Below, piece after piece: positions 1 to 12,888 of a DNA stretch of 64,000 nucleotides (the stretch's first letter is position 1; each line of letters opens with the position of its first letter). The position numbers and the translations under genes are program-made. Source of the DNA: Cirrosporium novae-zelandiae (Eukaryota); NCBI GenBank assembly GCA_026023565.1, contig JAPETS010000002.1:62001-126000 (forward strand), read 5' to 3'. The notes under the pieces are model-generated. The model had not been told where the DNA came from and made no database searches. It saw nothing but the letters and a program-made list of their open reading frames with translations.

Positions 1-108
1 AGCTATCTATCCTATTTGGAAGATCATATCAGGGAATTTCTTTTTGGGACAATCCTTCAAAGTTGGGTTCTGATGCTAATAGAGATTGTATCTCTTTCCT
101 CCTTCTAG

Positions 109-1660
109 CTCAGTGTAAATGGATGCTCAGGGCTGCATATGTAGGTAATCTATTTCTTATCTTCCAAGCAAATTCACAGCTACAAGTTTTGAGATTTCCA
201 TTTTTTTTTGGGGGGGGGGGGCAACAAACCACATCACCTAATAATATACAACTATTCAAGATGAACTCAAGCCCCCATTCTTCATATAGTTCTCCCCCTT
301 CCCTTACCACGCCACACATATGAATTTTACCCACATACATACAACCAATTCCCATCATTATCAAGCCACAATAACAATGACCACCTTATAGGGAACATAA
401 CTATTTTGTTGGTCATACAACATAACCCGAGCACCAATACTTAATACTTAGAAGAACAAGAAAAAAGCAAGAAAAAACTCACATATCTATCCCCACCTTT
501 GCGCCATCACCTATAATCCACCCCACACACATTATACCCTTTTCAAACCGTCTCTCACTATCTCATTTATACATATACATGTACCTATCTAATACCATTC
601 CCAAAAGTTTGCCCAAGAACTCCTCTCGACCTTCTCCCTCACCCTGGGAGAAGTATCCCTGATCCCCAGCACCAGTGGAACCTTTATCGTAACATTAATC
701 ACTAGCACTCCTTCGAAATCCGATAATAATGATGATGACGGTAAAATAAATAACGATAATGGTCGTGCCTCTGAGGTTAGGATCCAAAAACATGCAATTT
801 GGGATCGGAAAAGGGATGGTGGATTTCCCGGTACGTTTATGTTGGTCTTGTTTTTTTTTATCTTCGCTTGTTCTTGTTCTTGAATGTCTGGCGAGTTATG
901 TTTGGTATCTGGTTGGGTTGGTTATGGATAGAGAGAGAGTGTGTGTAGTATGCGTATAATGAGACCAAGCCAGATACCAAGCACCAAACCAGACGGCACC
1001 ATTTTACTTTTACTTTACTTTGACTTTATATTTCTTTACAAGTACACAAACGTTTTATATCATTACCCCATATCCTCCTTCATCTTCACCTTCATCCCCA
1101 CCCCATCCCCATCTCTAACTCCACCTCCTCAACCCCCCCTTCCCTTTCCAGTTCCCAAAACCCACACACCAAACCCCAATCCCACATGATAATCCCCTCC
1201 TCTCTAACCAACGCCAAAAACACCAACACCAACAACCAACCAACCCCATCTATAACTTTTTTTCTAACCCTCCCCACATACAGAAACAAAAGAACTCAAA
1301 AAGCGGATTCGAGATGTCATTGATCCCACACGGAATCTAGGTCACGTTGACGGGAAGAAGAATGCTACTACTACCACTACTACCACTACTACTCCTGATG
1401 TTGATGTTGATGCTGCTGCTTCTTCCCCATCATCCCAGAATAATGGTAAAGCCGATGTCGAAATTGAAGAAGCTGAAGCCAAAGCCAAAGCCGTTCCTTC
1501 CTTGTCAGCAACTGCCGCACGCAATAACAACAACAATAACAACAACAAGTTCAAAGAGGAGGAGGGGGGGAAGAAGGACGAGAATAATGATGATGATGAT
1601 GATGATGCAATATCTAAGCGCGACGAGAAGGGATGTCTAGAATGCACAGATTGTGGATAA
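109..1660 (+). CDS. Rdx-family (SelT/SelW/SelH-like, thioredoxin-like fold) protein, 5'-truncated by the window; exons 109-140, 608-830, 1284-1660
   Basis: Manual splicing gives xQCKWMLRAAY|FAQELLSTFSLTLGEVSLIPSTSGTFIV...IWDRKRDGGFP|ETKELKKRIRDVIDPTRNLGHVDGKK...GCLECTDCG*, the typical fungal Rdx signature. Introns 141-607 and 831-1283 are GT-AG with CTAAT/CTAAC branch points and consistent phases. Not assembled in the ORF track. Confidence 0.9.
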
Positions 1661-2109
1661 AGCCTTTAAAGCCTAAAAGCATAATCTAGTCTTAATCGCG
1701 TTTCCATCGTCTGTCTTGCCATCGTCTCCTCGCCAAGTAGCCGAGTTTCGTACAAAAGTTCATTTCAGCCAAAACATACACTTAATAAAGCGCCAGACTC
1801 TCTGTCCCCTTTGCCAGTGGTATCATAGTTCGTGTCAACGCCAAAAAAAGGAATTAGGTTCCCTTACGAGTCGAAAAAAGGGTTGTTGAAAAAAGGAAAT
1901 GCTGTGGAAGCTTGTATTTTTGTTCTTCGTCTTCTTTGCTCCTGCAAACTGCCCATCAAACGTCACTCATTACCAGAACCTGAACAGGTCGTGGACGAAA
2001 CCGATATCGCTATGCCGTATAGCGTATAGTACATAAACGTATTTTATGAAAGTGAGTAAGGTCAAGTCTTGGAATACCTTGGAAGAGGAATAAAAATGTT
2101 AAATGAGGG

Positions 2110-3714
2110 TCACCGTTTCTTGAAGATGCTGGGAAGACGGAGTCTACTTGAGCGTTTTTTAATCCGCTTCGAATGCGGCTGATCTCCGCTCATCATATCA
2201 CACTTGTCAATATCGCCGTCATAATTGGGACTAGGCGGCAAAAGCGTAGTCGATCGCGATTTCTTTGGGGTGCCTTTACCTCCTTCTAGCCTCTGATAAC
2301 TTGATCTGTTTGAGAGAGTCGAACCTTCCCGACTGCTGTTTCGCGATCTAGGTACTTCTAGACCAGAATCGAGTTTTGATTTCCATATGGTGATAATGTC
2401 ATCGAGAATATTATAACATTCCATTAGGGAAGGTAGAATTTCAGATACGCCCCTAAAAAGGGGATCGGCGAACATTTCAATGAAGAAAATTTGCCCCTTG
2501 GCTAAAGACCGCTCGTCGTGGATGTTAGGTGGCCCTCCAGGCAGTGCGGTTTCGATACCTGCCGCCTCTTCGAGTCTCCCTTGCTCCAAAAACTCATTTT
2601 GAAGTAGTTCAGTCCACTGAAACGCAATATTCCAAGCCCGCGCCTAGGGTTTACTTGTTAATCAATGTCCGCATATGAGCTTGCACGTCACTCACCACAT
2701 TGCTAATATCGGCACACTTAATCAATAGTCCGCAAATACTACGCTTATCGTAGGCATCCAGATCGGCACCAGTGAATCGTCGTTGAAGATCATTAAGGAT
2801 GTGGATGTATTCGCCATGAACCGCCATATCTGTGGCAAGGATTGAACTTGTCATTAGTGCAAGCATTTCAGTATCATCATAAAATGATTTCCAGGTCAGC
2901 CTAAGTATTTGACTGAAGGCTGCAGAATGAAATGATTCTAAAACAGATCGATTGCTGTAAACCTGGGCTAGAGGGGAGTGAACCTTTATCAGAAATTTAT
3001 TGTTCACTCCGGGATGCCCAACATCATGTCCAATTGCAGCCACAAGGAGCGTCAAGGCGTCAGCAGCCTTAAGTAATGGGGTCGAGTAACAACTTCGACC
3101 ACCGTTTGAAGAAAATTTGTCGGTTTCAGGGAATGGAGGGAGGGCCTCAATTTGCAACAGAAAATAAAACGTTGCTTGTAGCACATCGATAGCATGGCGG
3201 AAATTATGATATATAACAGAGTCATTGTAGGCCGCTCGAGTTGTCATCAGGAAGACCTTGAGGTCATCTAGAATATGCCAGTTAGCTTTTTCCTAGAAAT
3301 AACAGCACGTGCCAGTCGGGTTGTTGCAACATGTTTGATCTACTTACGTGATTTTAATCGCCATTTTTCAAGGTCTTGTATCTTTAAAACATGATCAAAC
3401 ATCAGGAACGCTGCATACACTAGCTCGTCTTGGTTGAAATCATGTGCGGAAAAGCCCCATGAACGAATCGCATCTGCCACGATTTGACGTCTTCCAGATG
3501 GAATTCGAAGTTCTGCAGGATCTTGCATAGTTCCTGCCCATACACTCACAGGATTCAGAACATTGGTCATAAGTTCAGATACAAGGTCGACTTTTTCACG
3601 ATCTTGAGAATGCCTCTGAAATGCGGCAGCTCCCAACCAGTGTGACCGACCGTTCTGATGCTCCGAGCTCATGATCTGTTTACCTTCACTGTCTTCTCGA
3701 GGTAGAAAACACAT
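2110..3714 (-). CDS. PDE2: High-affinity class I 3',5'-cAMP phosphodiesterase (PdeH/Pde2-like); exons 3714-3348, 3267-2696, 2643-2110; start uncertain (ATG 3714 or 3672)
   Basis: PDEase_I motifs YHNFRHAIDV, HDVGHPGVNN, ESFH, LATDM and KCADISNV|AR. Introns 3268-3347 and 2644-2695 have canonical signals and keep the frame. Confidence 0.9.
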
Positions 3715-4192
3715 GAATGGTATCAATTGTCACTCGGATTGAAAGCACAGGCAGTCTGCCCAGACTGTATAAATATGTATGGGCGCGCGAGATACGGTCA
3801 AAGAATGAGGTTGGCGCTAGAGGGAGGTACGGCTATATGCCAATTGGGATGTATAAGCTCGTGACAAGGAGGAAAATCGAAGTCGTGACGACGAAGGATG
3901 TATATAAGGTCGCATTCAATGATATGCAAGGCTGTTCCTGATACCGAAGCTGCGATTTGGTCCGCTTGCTTTCACGCGAAAATAGCGAATAAAAAGCGAG
4001 CGGCAGGTTTATATATTTCAAGCTCAGTATCAGAAGAAGAAAGCTTTGTCTTCCTTTAACCATGACCGGCTTCACTATATCTTCACGACCACGTTTTGCA
4101 GCAGCAGTTAGGATTCGCCGCACAGAAAATATTTCGAATAGGTATTCTGAGGCTATGTCGGTACGAAGACGAAAGAGGAGGCTCGATGAAAG

Positions 4193-4256
4193 CTGTATTA
4201 GATATATTATGGGAAGAAATTGTAGGAGCCAGAATTGCGGCGCCAGCGTCGCTCAC
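4193..4256 (-). other. Probable 5'-UTR intron of the phosphodiesterase transcript
   Basis: Minus strand reads GTGAGC...CTAAT-ACAG, 64 nt, upstream of the PDE start. Confidence 0.45.
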
Positions 4257-5302
4257 ACAAGTATTGAGGACTTCCGGGCAACATCTGGGGTCTTGGACGT
4301 GCAGGCGGCGGGATCGAATGAACCGTTTAACTGAAAGAAACGGCAGTGAACGGCGGCATGCGCAACAATTACTGGCTTTGTAGAAAGGAAGGTATGGCGA
4401 CGGAGGAGAGAGTCGAAGTCGAATAATGGAAGAATAGAAGAATGTAATAAGGCGCTGGAGGCGACGAGATAGTTGATGGGGGGCGCGAGGGGGGGAAGGA
4501 GGGAGGGAGGGAGGAGGGGGGGGGGGGAAGAAGAGAATAAAGGGAAGCGGGTTATTGTATGAGTTTAGAACGGAGGTAGGAACAAAAACGAAGGGCAGAA
4601 AGGGCAGAAAGGGCAGAAAGGGTATTGTTGAAAAAGGGAAGGATAAGCCGATCGAAGACGGATGGTGATGGTTGTTGATCGGGGGAATCAAGAAGATCAG
4701 CCCCGATTCTTTTCTTTTTCTGTTTCTTCTTCTTTTCTTCTCTTTATTTCCACACAAATAATAATAATAGTAGTAATAATAGTAATAATATGTCGACAAG
4801 GTGGGATTTCCCTATAATTTTCAAACTTCAACTTGACTATTTCTATTTTACAGTAGTCCATCAAATACTTACTTTGACAATTAGTACAAGTAAGAGAGGA
4901 GAGTGGATAGAGAAGAGACGACTAATGCATGCAAAACCAAAGAGTAGTTGGACCAAGTAAGGTACAAGGGACTCGGGCCCTTTAAGAGGTAGTTTTAGAG
5001 CTCCAAGATTTTGACTGCAGGGAAGTGTGATGTGTGTGGTATCGTGGTTGGAAAGCTTCATCACATCCACATCCCAAAAGCTGGTCACTCTATAATGCTG
5101 CGTGCTGTCTGTCTTACTTTACAATTGGACCCTCGGGATATTTGAACACTTGGACACATCCGACTTGAATATAACTTGGGTAGATGAATAATAAACTGAC
5201 TTTATAGTTTATTGGAACCCCCGAAACAAGTAGAATAATAGAAAGAAGAAAAATATTTAAAAAAAAAGGGCCCGAGAGACACCCAAAGAAAACAATCCCC
5301 TC

Positions 5303-5350
5303 CTCTCTCTCTCTCCTTCTCTCTCTCTCTCTCTCTCTCTGTTCTCTCTC
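5303..5350. repeat. (CT)n microsatellite, interrupted
   Basis: Directly visible. Confidence 0.95.
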
Positions 5351-5788
5351 TTCCCAGACGACCCGTGGGGATCGCAAAAGAAGCAAGAAGCCCCTAAAGG
5401 ACCCCAAGGAAGTATAAGGAAGCATGTGTGGTTCTCAGACCAACGGGATGACAGGCATGACAGGCATGACAGGCAATGACAAGCAAAAGCGGACAAAGAT
5501 GGAAATGGAATGAGGCGATCACAAGGATTAGATCAAGGGTTGATCTAAGGGTCCAAACGACTTTTGTCATTCCAAAAGTACAAAAGTCGCCTCCCGGCTG
5601 TTCTTGTCTTTCTGTCAAGTACCTAAACACCCTAAGTATTTGGGTCCTTTATTTAACATGCTTCCAGAACAAACGAAGAAAGTGCGGAGAAGTTACCAAG
5701 AAGCCGGAGAAGACGAAGAAGAACACGAAGAACAAGTGTAGAAGCCTCTTCAAAGAAGACTAACAACAACATTCACCCACACCGGTCA

Positions 5789-5789
<1 letters not shown>

Positions 5790-5819
<30 letters not shown>
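5790..5819. repeat. (CA)n microsatellite
   Basis: Directly visible. Confidence 0.95.
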
Positions 5820-5822
<3 letters not shown>

Positions 5823-7744
5823 CACCCACCACCCACTACCACACACCCTCCATGATTCGTATACATGTCACAAAATCAAGGATCCTTTCTGACTCACTTT
5901 TTGGTCCAGATAACTTTACAGCTGCCTAAACCGTCCAAAATCTCTTTCTGATTTGTGGAACCAAATGGATATTATGGCCCAACCAATCGTCACTCAGGCC
6001 TGATACCAACTACTTTGCAGTGCCGAAAGTCTACCTTCAATACCATCCATCCTCCAGAGAGAGCCTTGGAGAAGAATTGACACGTTTAGAATTCTGAAAT
6101 CACCGAAATGATGCACCTCTATCTAGAGAATATCCAACAATGGTGATAAATATTGTTTCATTGAATATCTGGTTTCAAACTTTCTCTCTAAGTTGCAAAC
6201 ATTCTTCGAAGACCGCCTACTTCCACCATCCACCATCCGGTGATCCTCGGATCCCGACCTTTCGGATACCTTTTTACGATAGCATAGTCGAAACATCAAA
6301 CATATTGAACAACAAATGTAATTCGAAAATAGACACCTATAGCCAACCCCCGTGTAAGAACGGGTTATAAAATATAAAAAAAAACCAATGAACGCAATAT
6401 TGATTCCCCCCCCTGGGTTATCATTCAAACCCATACAAAAAGAAGAATATCCGAATCCAGAGTAAAAAAAAAATGAGCCCATCATGAGGGTGTCCAAATA
6501 TTAGAATTTGAAGATATGGGAAACAAAATTGACATTAAAACTGTTGATAAGGTACAGTACATAATATTATATCCGCTCACCCCCCCTAACTCACCTTGCT
6601 ACTTGAGTAATAAAGCCAGAAACCAGGGGTCCCTTATCCCCTCATATGTACCTTTCGTACCCATCCCATCCCCATCCCTCATGCCAAAATACCCAAATTT
6701 TCCCTGTTAGGGAACCCTAGACGCGAAACCTTGACGGGCTTTCCCTCTAGGAGATGCCTCCTCTCCCTCTCTCCCTTGATGACGTGAAAATAGAATGTTC
6801 AGATTTACATGTTTGGAAACATACGTCAATAATGAAGTTTGTACGAGGGTTTTTTAACTCTCAAAGAGCTCGGCACCTAATAACTATGTCTTAGTCTATG
6901 TTTCCACACAGCTTCTTCTCTAATACCTTCCTTCCCCCCCACCCTACATGACGTATAATAATTTGATCAAACGTTTTAAACCAGCATGACAACTCTCTAA
7001 GCGACCTTCTTTTGCAAGGGGGCCCGTTACTTTAACTAATAAGAAGCCTAAATTCCCATTCCCATTACTTGGCTGAGATCCCTTTCCATTATCCGAACCT
7101 AGGTCTCACCACCCGTCCTCAAGCCGAGCCGGTGGGGGGAAAGAATGAATGATTTTTACATCATATAGCGCGTCAACAGCGCATCAACTTGGTATCCGCC
7201 GGCGTTATACATTTCATGAAAACCCAGACAGCCTCGAGAGTTGGAATGCCTAACTTGGTCTTGGTGGTGGTGACGAGACACAGCTTTAGAAAACGACTAG
7301 ACAAATAGAATCAATGGAAGGTGTGAGGGAAAAAAACGTCCCGGGATAGCCGGGATAGCCGGGATAGCCATGAAGATATCCTGACTAGTATTGGGGGATA
7401 ATTACGTGGATTGGGACAAGCATTACGATATGACATCAAATGACGGATTTGTACAGCCTCCAAAAGTTTAAAAAGTTTATCGTAAAATACCATTTCAGTC
7501 AATATACAATACATATAGTTATGGGGTATGCATCATCTGCCTGATCTGCACTGCCTCATAGTAGTGGACCACAGACAAAGCTTCTCGATAATACCAAAAT
7601 ACCTATCCATCCATCCTTTTCATCCCTAACATCGTTCGAATCTAAAGTGTCAAAGCACACAAGAACAATAATGAATACAATAAACCCTTTGGACCCCAGA
7701 TCACTGCCTAGCGCCCCGGTTTCCTACTCACCCCATCGCACATA

Positions 7745-10700
7745 TCACTGCTCCTCTTCTAATTCCTGACACTCTCTTAAATCACTAACAACTTCCTCAA
7801 ACTCTCTCATAACCTGCTGTGCTACTCTCACACGGTCCCAATCTCCTCTCCCTCGCCATACGCAATCCATTAACGTCGTATTGATCTGCTCCAGCTCTTC
7901 GACCGAGAAGCCGTGCGAGCGGGCCGCTAGTGTTTCGAGCACTTGTTGCATGAAGGCGGGATCGTTGTTGAAATATGGGTGAGAGTCGATGGGGGAATCG
8001 TCATTGAGGATGTTGTGGAGACTTGCGTTAGGAGGGCGGACTGGAGCAGCATCGAAGGGTGGAACGGGCGGCTGCGAAGAATGTGGTTGGGATTGGGAAG
8101 ACATTTCTGGATTAATATTAGGAGTGGTTATTGAAGTGGGTGCAAATGATATTGGTTTACCCTGTGTATCCGGCATTTGCCGATCTAAACTTCCCTGATC
8201 AGGATATCTGCTAATATCCGGTCCCATTCCTGACTCCCCATACCTACTAACCCCAGCTAGATTCCCATTCGTGCTCTGCGTGTTCGTAACTGCATTTGGT
8301 CCTGAACTCCGATTACTGGTCTTCTTCTCCGAGCTCGTGGTGCTGGCCTCATTGACATAGTCATCGACTTGACTGCCTGGAAACATGCTAGTGGTGAAGT
8401 CTCTTTGTGTTAGACTTGAGGCTTGCCGCTGCTCAAGTGATGGCGCACCAGTGTGAGAATGCAAGGGACGGGGCTGTGCAGAATGAACGCCAAAAGAGGT
8501 TGAGCAGGTAGAGTTGGAGGGGTCAGATGGATGATTGTGATAGCCATTATTAGCTATATGAACGTCGCCATTAGATAGACGAGACGAAGGGTCGGTATGT
8601 AGGCCGTTGCTGCCACTGTGAGCTAAGTCGCCTAGGTAGCCATTGGTTTGTTGGCTGTTCTGAAAGGGGGTGCGTGTCGGTGTTTTGAATAAAGGATTGA
8701 TGTGCTGGATAGGACGAGGTGGTTGTGAACGGGGGAATTGCTCGCCTAGAACTACCGGTCCTGACGAAGGCGCCTCAGAAGTCAGTGCAGATCCAGCAGG
8801 AGGAACATTCGAGGTCATTTGTGGAACTGGCCCACCATCCCGAGCCGCGGTAGCTTTAGCTTTTTCGATTATAGTTTGTTCCCGTTGCTGTTCCCGGATA
8901 TAGACATGCTCGCATTCCGCAACTAAAGCGGGTGCTGTTTGTTCTATATCTGCAATATCAACCTCAACGTTAGAGAGAAGTTCATTCCCTCTAAGTAAAC
9001 GCTCTTCATCACCACTGGTTCTTGCATCCTTGACCATTCTTTTAATGTCTGCTAGGAAATCCTTTGGTCGCTTATAGTAACCGTTCGATAACCGTTTCTC
9101 AATGGTAACGATTTCCAAGTTATAGAAAAACTTGCCGGAAGCAACTTCGACCAGACCAAAGACGCCATGACCATCTTTTGATTTCTCGTATGGCCGGAAA
9201 AGAACCTGCGAACGCTGTTCGAGGGGGAGATCAGTGCTAACCAGGTTTGGATCTTCTTCCTCGTAGAGATACCTGATTTGGCTTTCATCCACAACGCCTG
9301 TACGAAATTTCTTATACTTTGATTTTATCTGATCCATTATTGGTTGGATCTTTATTTTGAGGTAGTTCAGCACTTGTCTATCCCTCTTTTTCTGAGCCTT
9401 AAGTTGCTCTTTGGTCAAGGGTGGAGGGCCTTTCTCTGGTGGAGGTGGTGCTGGTGGTAATTCTTGCAATTTCCTTTTTTTACGATTTTCCGGTTCTGGG
9501 AAATCAGAGGGTTTGGCTTTGAGATAATCTACAATATTGAGGAAGAACTCGCGCCGAGACAACTACATCTAGTTAGTAAACCCTCAATCAAACCAAGGTA
9601 TCAAGGATACAGGTACTGTACCTCGTTCGGAGCAGACAACTCAAATTGGGTTTTCTTGGAATATCCAAACAAATCTTTTAACATGTTTCGGTCGAAATTT
9701 TCCGGATGTTCTTCTGAGACTCCAAGCAGTAGGACCTCGTCTGAAGGACGCAATGATCGCAAAAGACCGGTAAAAGTAGATATAACTGTTGGGCCAACCG
9801 CCTTATACCACATATCAACATTAGGGATATAAATGACGCTCGGCTTTCGTCGCCTGACTTCAGTGAAAAGTTGCACTACAGCAGCCTCTGGCGATCTAGT
9901 AGAATCGGACAGTAATGTCGGTAGATCAAACGACTGAACATGCAAACCCTCAAAATGATCCAATAATGCCGCCGCAATGTATTGTTGACCCATTCCTGGC
10001 TCACCACGAATGAGTAACCTTGGCCTGAAAATTCTTGACCGATCGAAATCTGCAAATATTTAGTAATTGCTCGTTGAAAATATAGATTGAAGCTGTTACG
10101 AACCTTGCTGCATCTTTTCTTTCTGTAAGCTACCACCATCTTCTGCGTCTTCAAACATTGCTTCTTCCAAAGCAGTCAGCTTTCGCTTCTGAGGCAAAAC
10201 CCGAGAAACTATTCGTTCCACTTCACTCAGAGGTTGACGTAATAAGGGCTCCATTTGAGCTGGAAGGGGCGATGACCCCAGCGAAGTCGATCGTTCTGAA
10301 GAAGGAACCAATTTCTTTATACATATCATAAAGTCTTTTGGCTTCACTTCGATTTTAGAAGGGTCGATCAAAAGTTTCTTGTTTGAGGAATAGATCTGAG
10401 GGTAATGCCTTTGGACGGCATTAAGGGCAGCTTCCGTACAAAGCGCCCGAAGATCCGCACCACCATAGCCCTTGGTCAACCCCGCAAGTTCATCTAAGAG
10501 CCAAGACGGAGCGGGGGGTTCCCATCCCTTGGTATGTATACTTAGGATGGCTCGACGTGCTTCAAGGTTTGGAAGAGGGAAATAAAATTCTCGATCAAAA
10601 CGACCTGGACGACGAAGTGCTGGGTCAATGGAATCGGGTCGATTCGTAGCACCTATCACAATCACCTGTCCTCTACCATCCATTCCATCCATGAGAGCTA

Positions 10701-12888
10701 GCAGCGTTGATACAATAGAAGCGTGGATCTGCTCCTGTTTGCTAGATCTTACGGGTGCAAGACCGTCAATTTCATCAAAGAATATAATGCTAGGTTGGTT
10801 CTTGCGAGCCTCTTCGAAGAGTAATCTCAGCTGACGCTCTGCTTCTCCGACCCATTTACTCAGTGCATCTGCCCCCTTCCGCATATAAAAGGTTACCTTC
10901 CGGCCCTCAGAACTTACACTAGAAGCAAGCGCACGAGCTAAAAGGGTCTTTCCGGTACCAGGAGGACCGTGGAAAAGAACTCCTCGTGGAGGTGTAACGT
11001 GGAACCGTTGGAAGACTTCAGGATAAAGAAGAGGAAGAGAGACCATTTCTTTCAGCTGGTCAATATGTCCTTGCAATCCACCTACACTGTCAAAATTGAC
11101 ATTTGTATCAACACCTAGTGGATCTGCATCCGCTAGATTTTGCTTCTCCTTATTGACCTTGCCTAGATTTAATGGAGTTCCCGTAACAGGCTGAAGGGGA
11201 TCAGCACCTATACCTTGTCCCGGAAAGATTCCAAAGCCAGGAGTTGCTGTAGTGGTAGGTGTCATCCCAACAGCACCCCCAACACCGCGAGGTCTATGCA
11301 ATGAATCATCGTCACTGCTGTCTGACTCGACACCTCCGGTTGCTCCAGCAGCTTCCGGGCCTCCAAGAACGGGAACAGGCCCCCCAGCACCGCCGAATGG
11401 GCCATAAGTAGAAAAGAGAGTCCGGTGCCATGCACTACCACCGCCCGATCGTCCCTTTCGTGTGGGCGTAGGGGCTTCATCAGGTTCTTCGATAGGAAGT
11501 ACTAACTCTGGACGTAAGATTCGGTAGTCGACATTTTTACGATTGCGGCGTGGCTTTTCTTCGTAGGTAATGCTAGGTCTCTGATTCCTCCTTGGTCTAT
11601 TCCCCCGCAAATCGGCAAGTTCTTCTGCCAGTTCCTCTGCCTCACTCTCCTCGGAATGTGGATCTTGTCTTGACACTCCTCTCCGTCTAGCAGGTTGTCG
11701 GGACCTACGGCCATTGCTACTTTCATCTTCCTCAGCATTGCCCGATTTTTGTGGTGAGCCATTAGACTCCCCAGAATCAGAGATGTCTTCATCAGCGCCT
11801 TCTTCCGGATTTGGTTCAAAGTCGCTGCTCTCTTCTTGTCCTCTACGTCCCCTCCGACCGTTTTTAGATGATCGTTGTTTTCCTGAACGAAGATTCCGAC
11901 GCAGATAATGACCGCCGACCTCTGGTTCTGGTGCTACTGCTTCTTCGGGGGGGTTATCCGGTTTTCGGGATCTAAGTGCCCGTCCTGGTCGTGAGATAGG
12001 GTCGTCATCTTCGTCATCTTCCTCTTCCTCTTCATTAGCAGCACCATCACCATCTGAGTCTGGCACAGTGACTTCTTCCTTGAGTTGAGTTTCAGCTTGA
12101 GACTGGGCATTCGAATCATCAACTTGTTGAGCATCTAGACTTGATGCATGGCCAGAGTCATGTAGATCTTCTCCCATGTTCTCATCTTCATTAATAGAAG
12201 CTTCAATCTCTCTTTCAGCATCGTTCGATCCATTGGTATTTGGTATTGAATCCCGTTCTTCTTCCTCTTCCTCTTCAATAATAGTAGATTTAGGTAGAGT
12301 CTTCAATCCTTTGCCTCCTCGAAGTACACGCGACGGTACTTCCGGACTGCGTGTACCAGCTCGAACGATCTCAGCATGGTGTCCCGAATTTGACAAAGCT
12401 ATTATAGTTTCCTCGTTGGTATGGGTTAAGCGACTACTCCGTCTTGTCGGAGCAGGAGCTTCAGAACCACCTCGACGTCTTTTGTAGCGTAACGATATCA
12501 TGAGGCTTTTCTTTTCTTTCACTTTAGGTTTAATATCAATCTCAACGTCTGAGGTGCTTGGTGTCGCCTCGCTCTCGGTTGGAGACTCCGCATATTGCTG
12601 CACTTTCACAGCAGCACGTCTTTGAGGTCGGCCATTGCTGTTCAAAAATACTTCTTCTTCATGATCCGAACCAGACTCGTCATAAGATATTTCGCTCTCT
12701 TCATCATCGTCACTTAGCATGTCATCTGAATTATCATGAACCCGACGCTGCCTTTTTCGTGGCGGTTTCTTCGAGTGCGGTTTCGACGATTTCGACCTTG
12801 CATGTCGTGCTGGTGAGGATGCACCCCAAGTGAGATCCTCAGGATCGGATTCGTTGGGCTCTAGATGTCGCTTGCCACGGCCCGGCAT
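7745..12888 (-). CDS. YTA7: AAA+ ATPase with bromodomain-like region (Yta7/ATAD2/Abo1 histone chaperone); introns 10050-10103, 9563-9621 and probably 8107-8160
   Basis: Acidic disordered N-terminus, Walker A GPPGTGKT, YMRKGADALSKWVGEAERQL, Walker B IIFFDEID, RRPGRFDREF, second AAA module FRPRLLIRGEPGMGQQY, and bromo-like segment IEKRLSNGYY...FLADI. Confidence 0.95.

Noticed and set aside
109..140. Possible selenoprotein (Rdx CxxU)
   Set aside because: The relevant codon is TGT (Cys); there is no in-frame TGA in the visible exons.
1342..1647. ORF-track ORFs 1342..1647(-) and 1347..1640(+)
   Set aside because: Alternative frames of the trinucleotide-rich last Rdx exon.
4083..4799. 238-aa minus-strand ORF with poly-Y/poly-P
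   Set aside because: Built from microsatellites and purine tracts, TTG start, no domain; more likely the promoter or leader of the PDE gene.
6707..6720. TTAGGG/CCCTA telomere-like words
   Set aside because: Single units, not an array; no evidence of an interstitial telomere.
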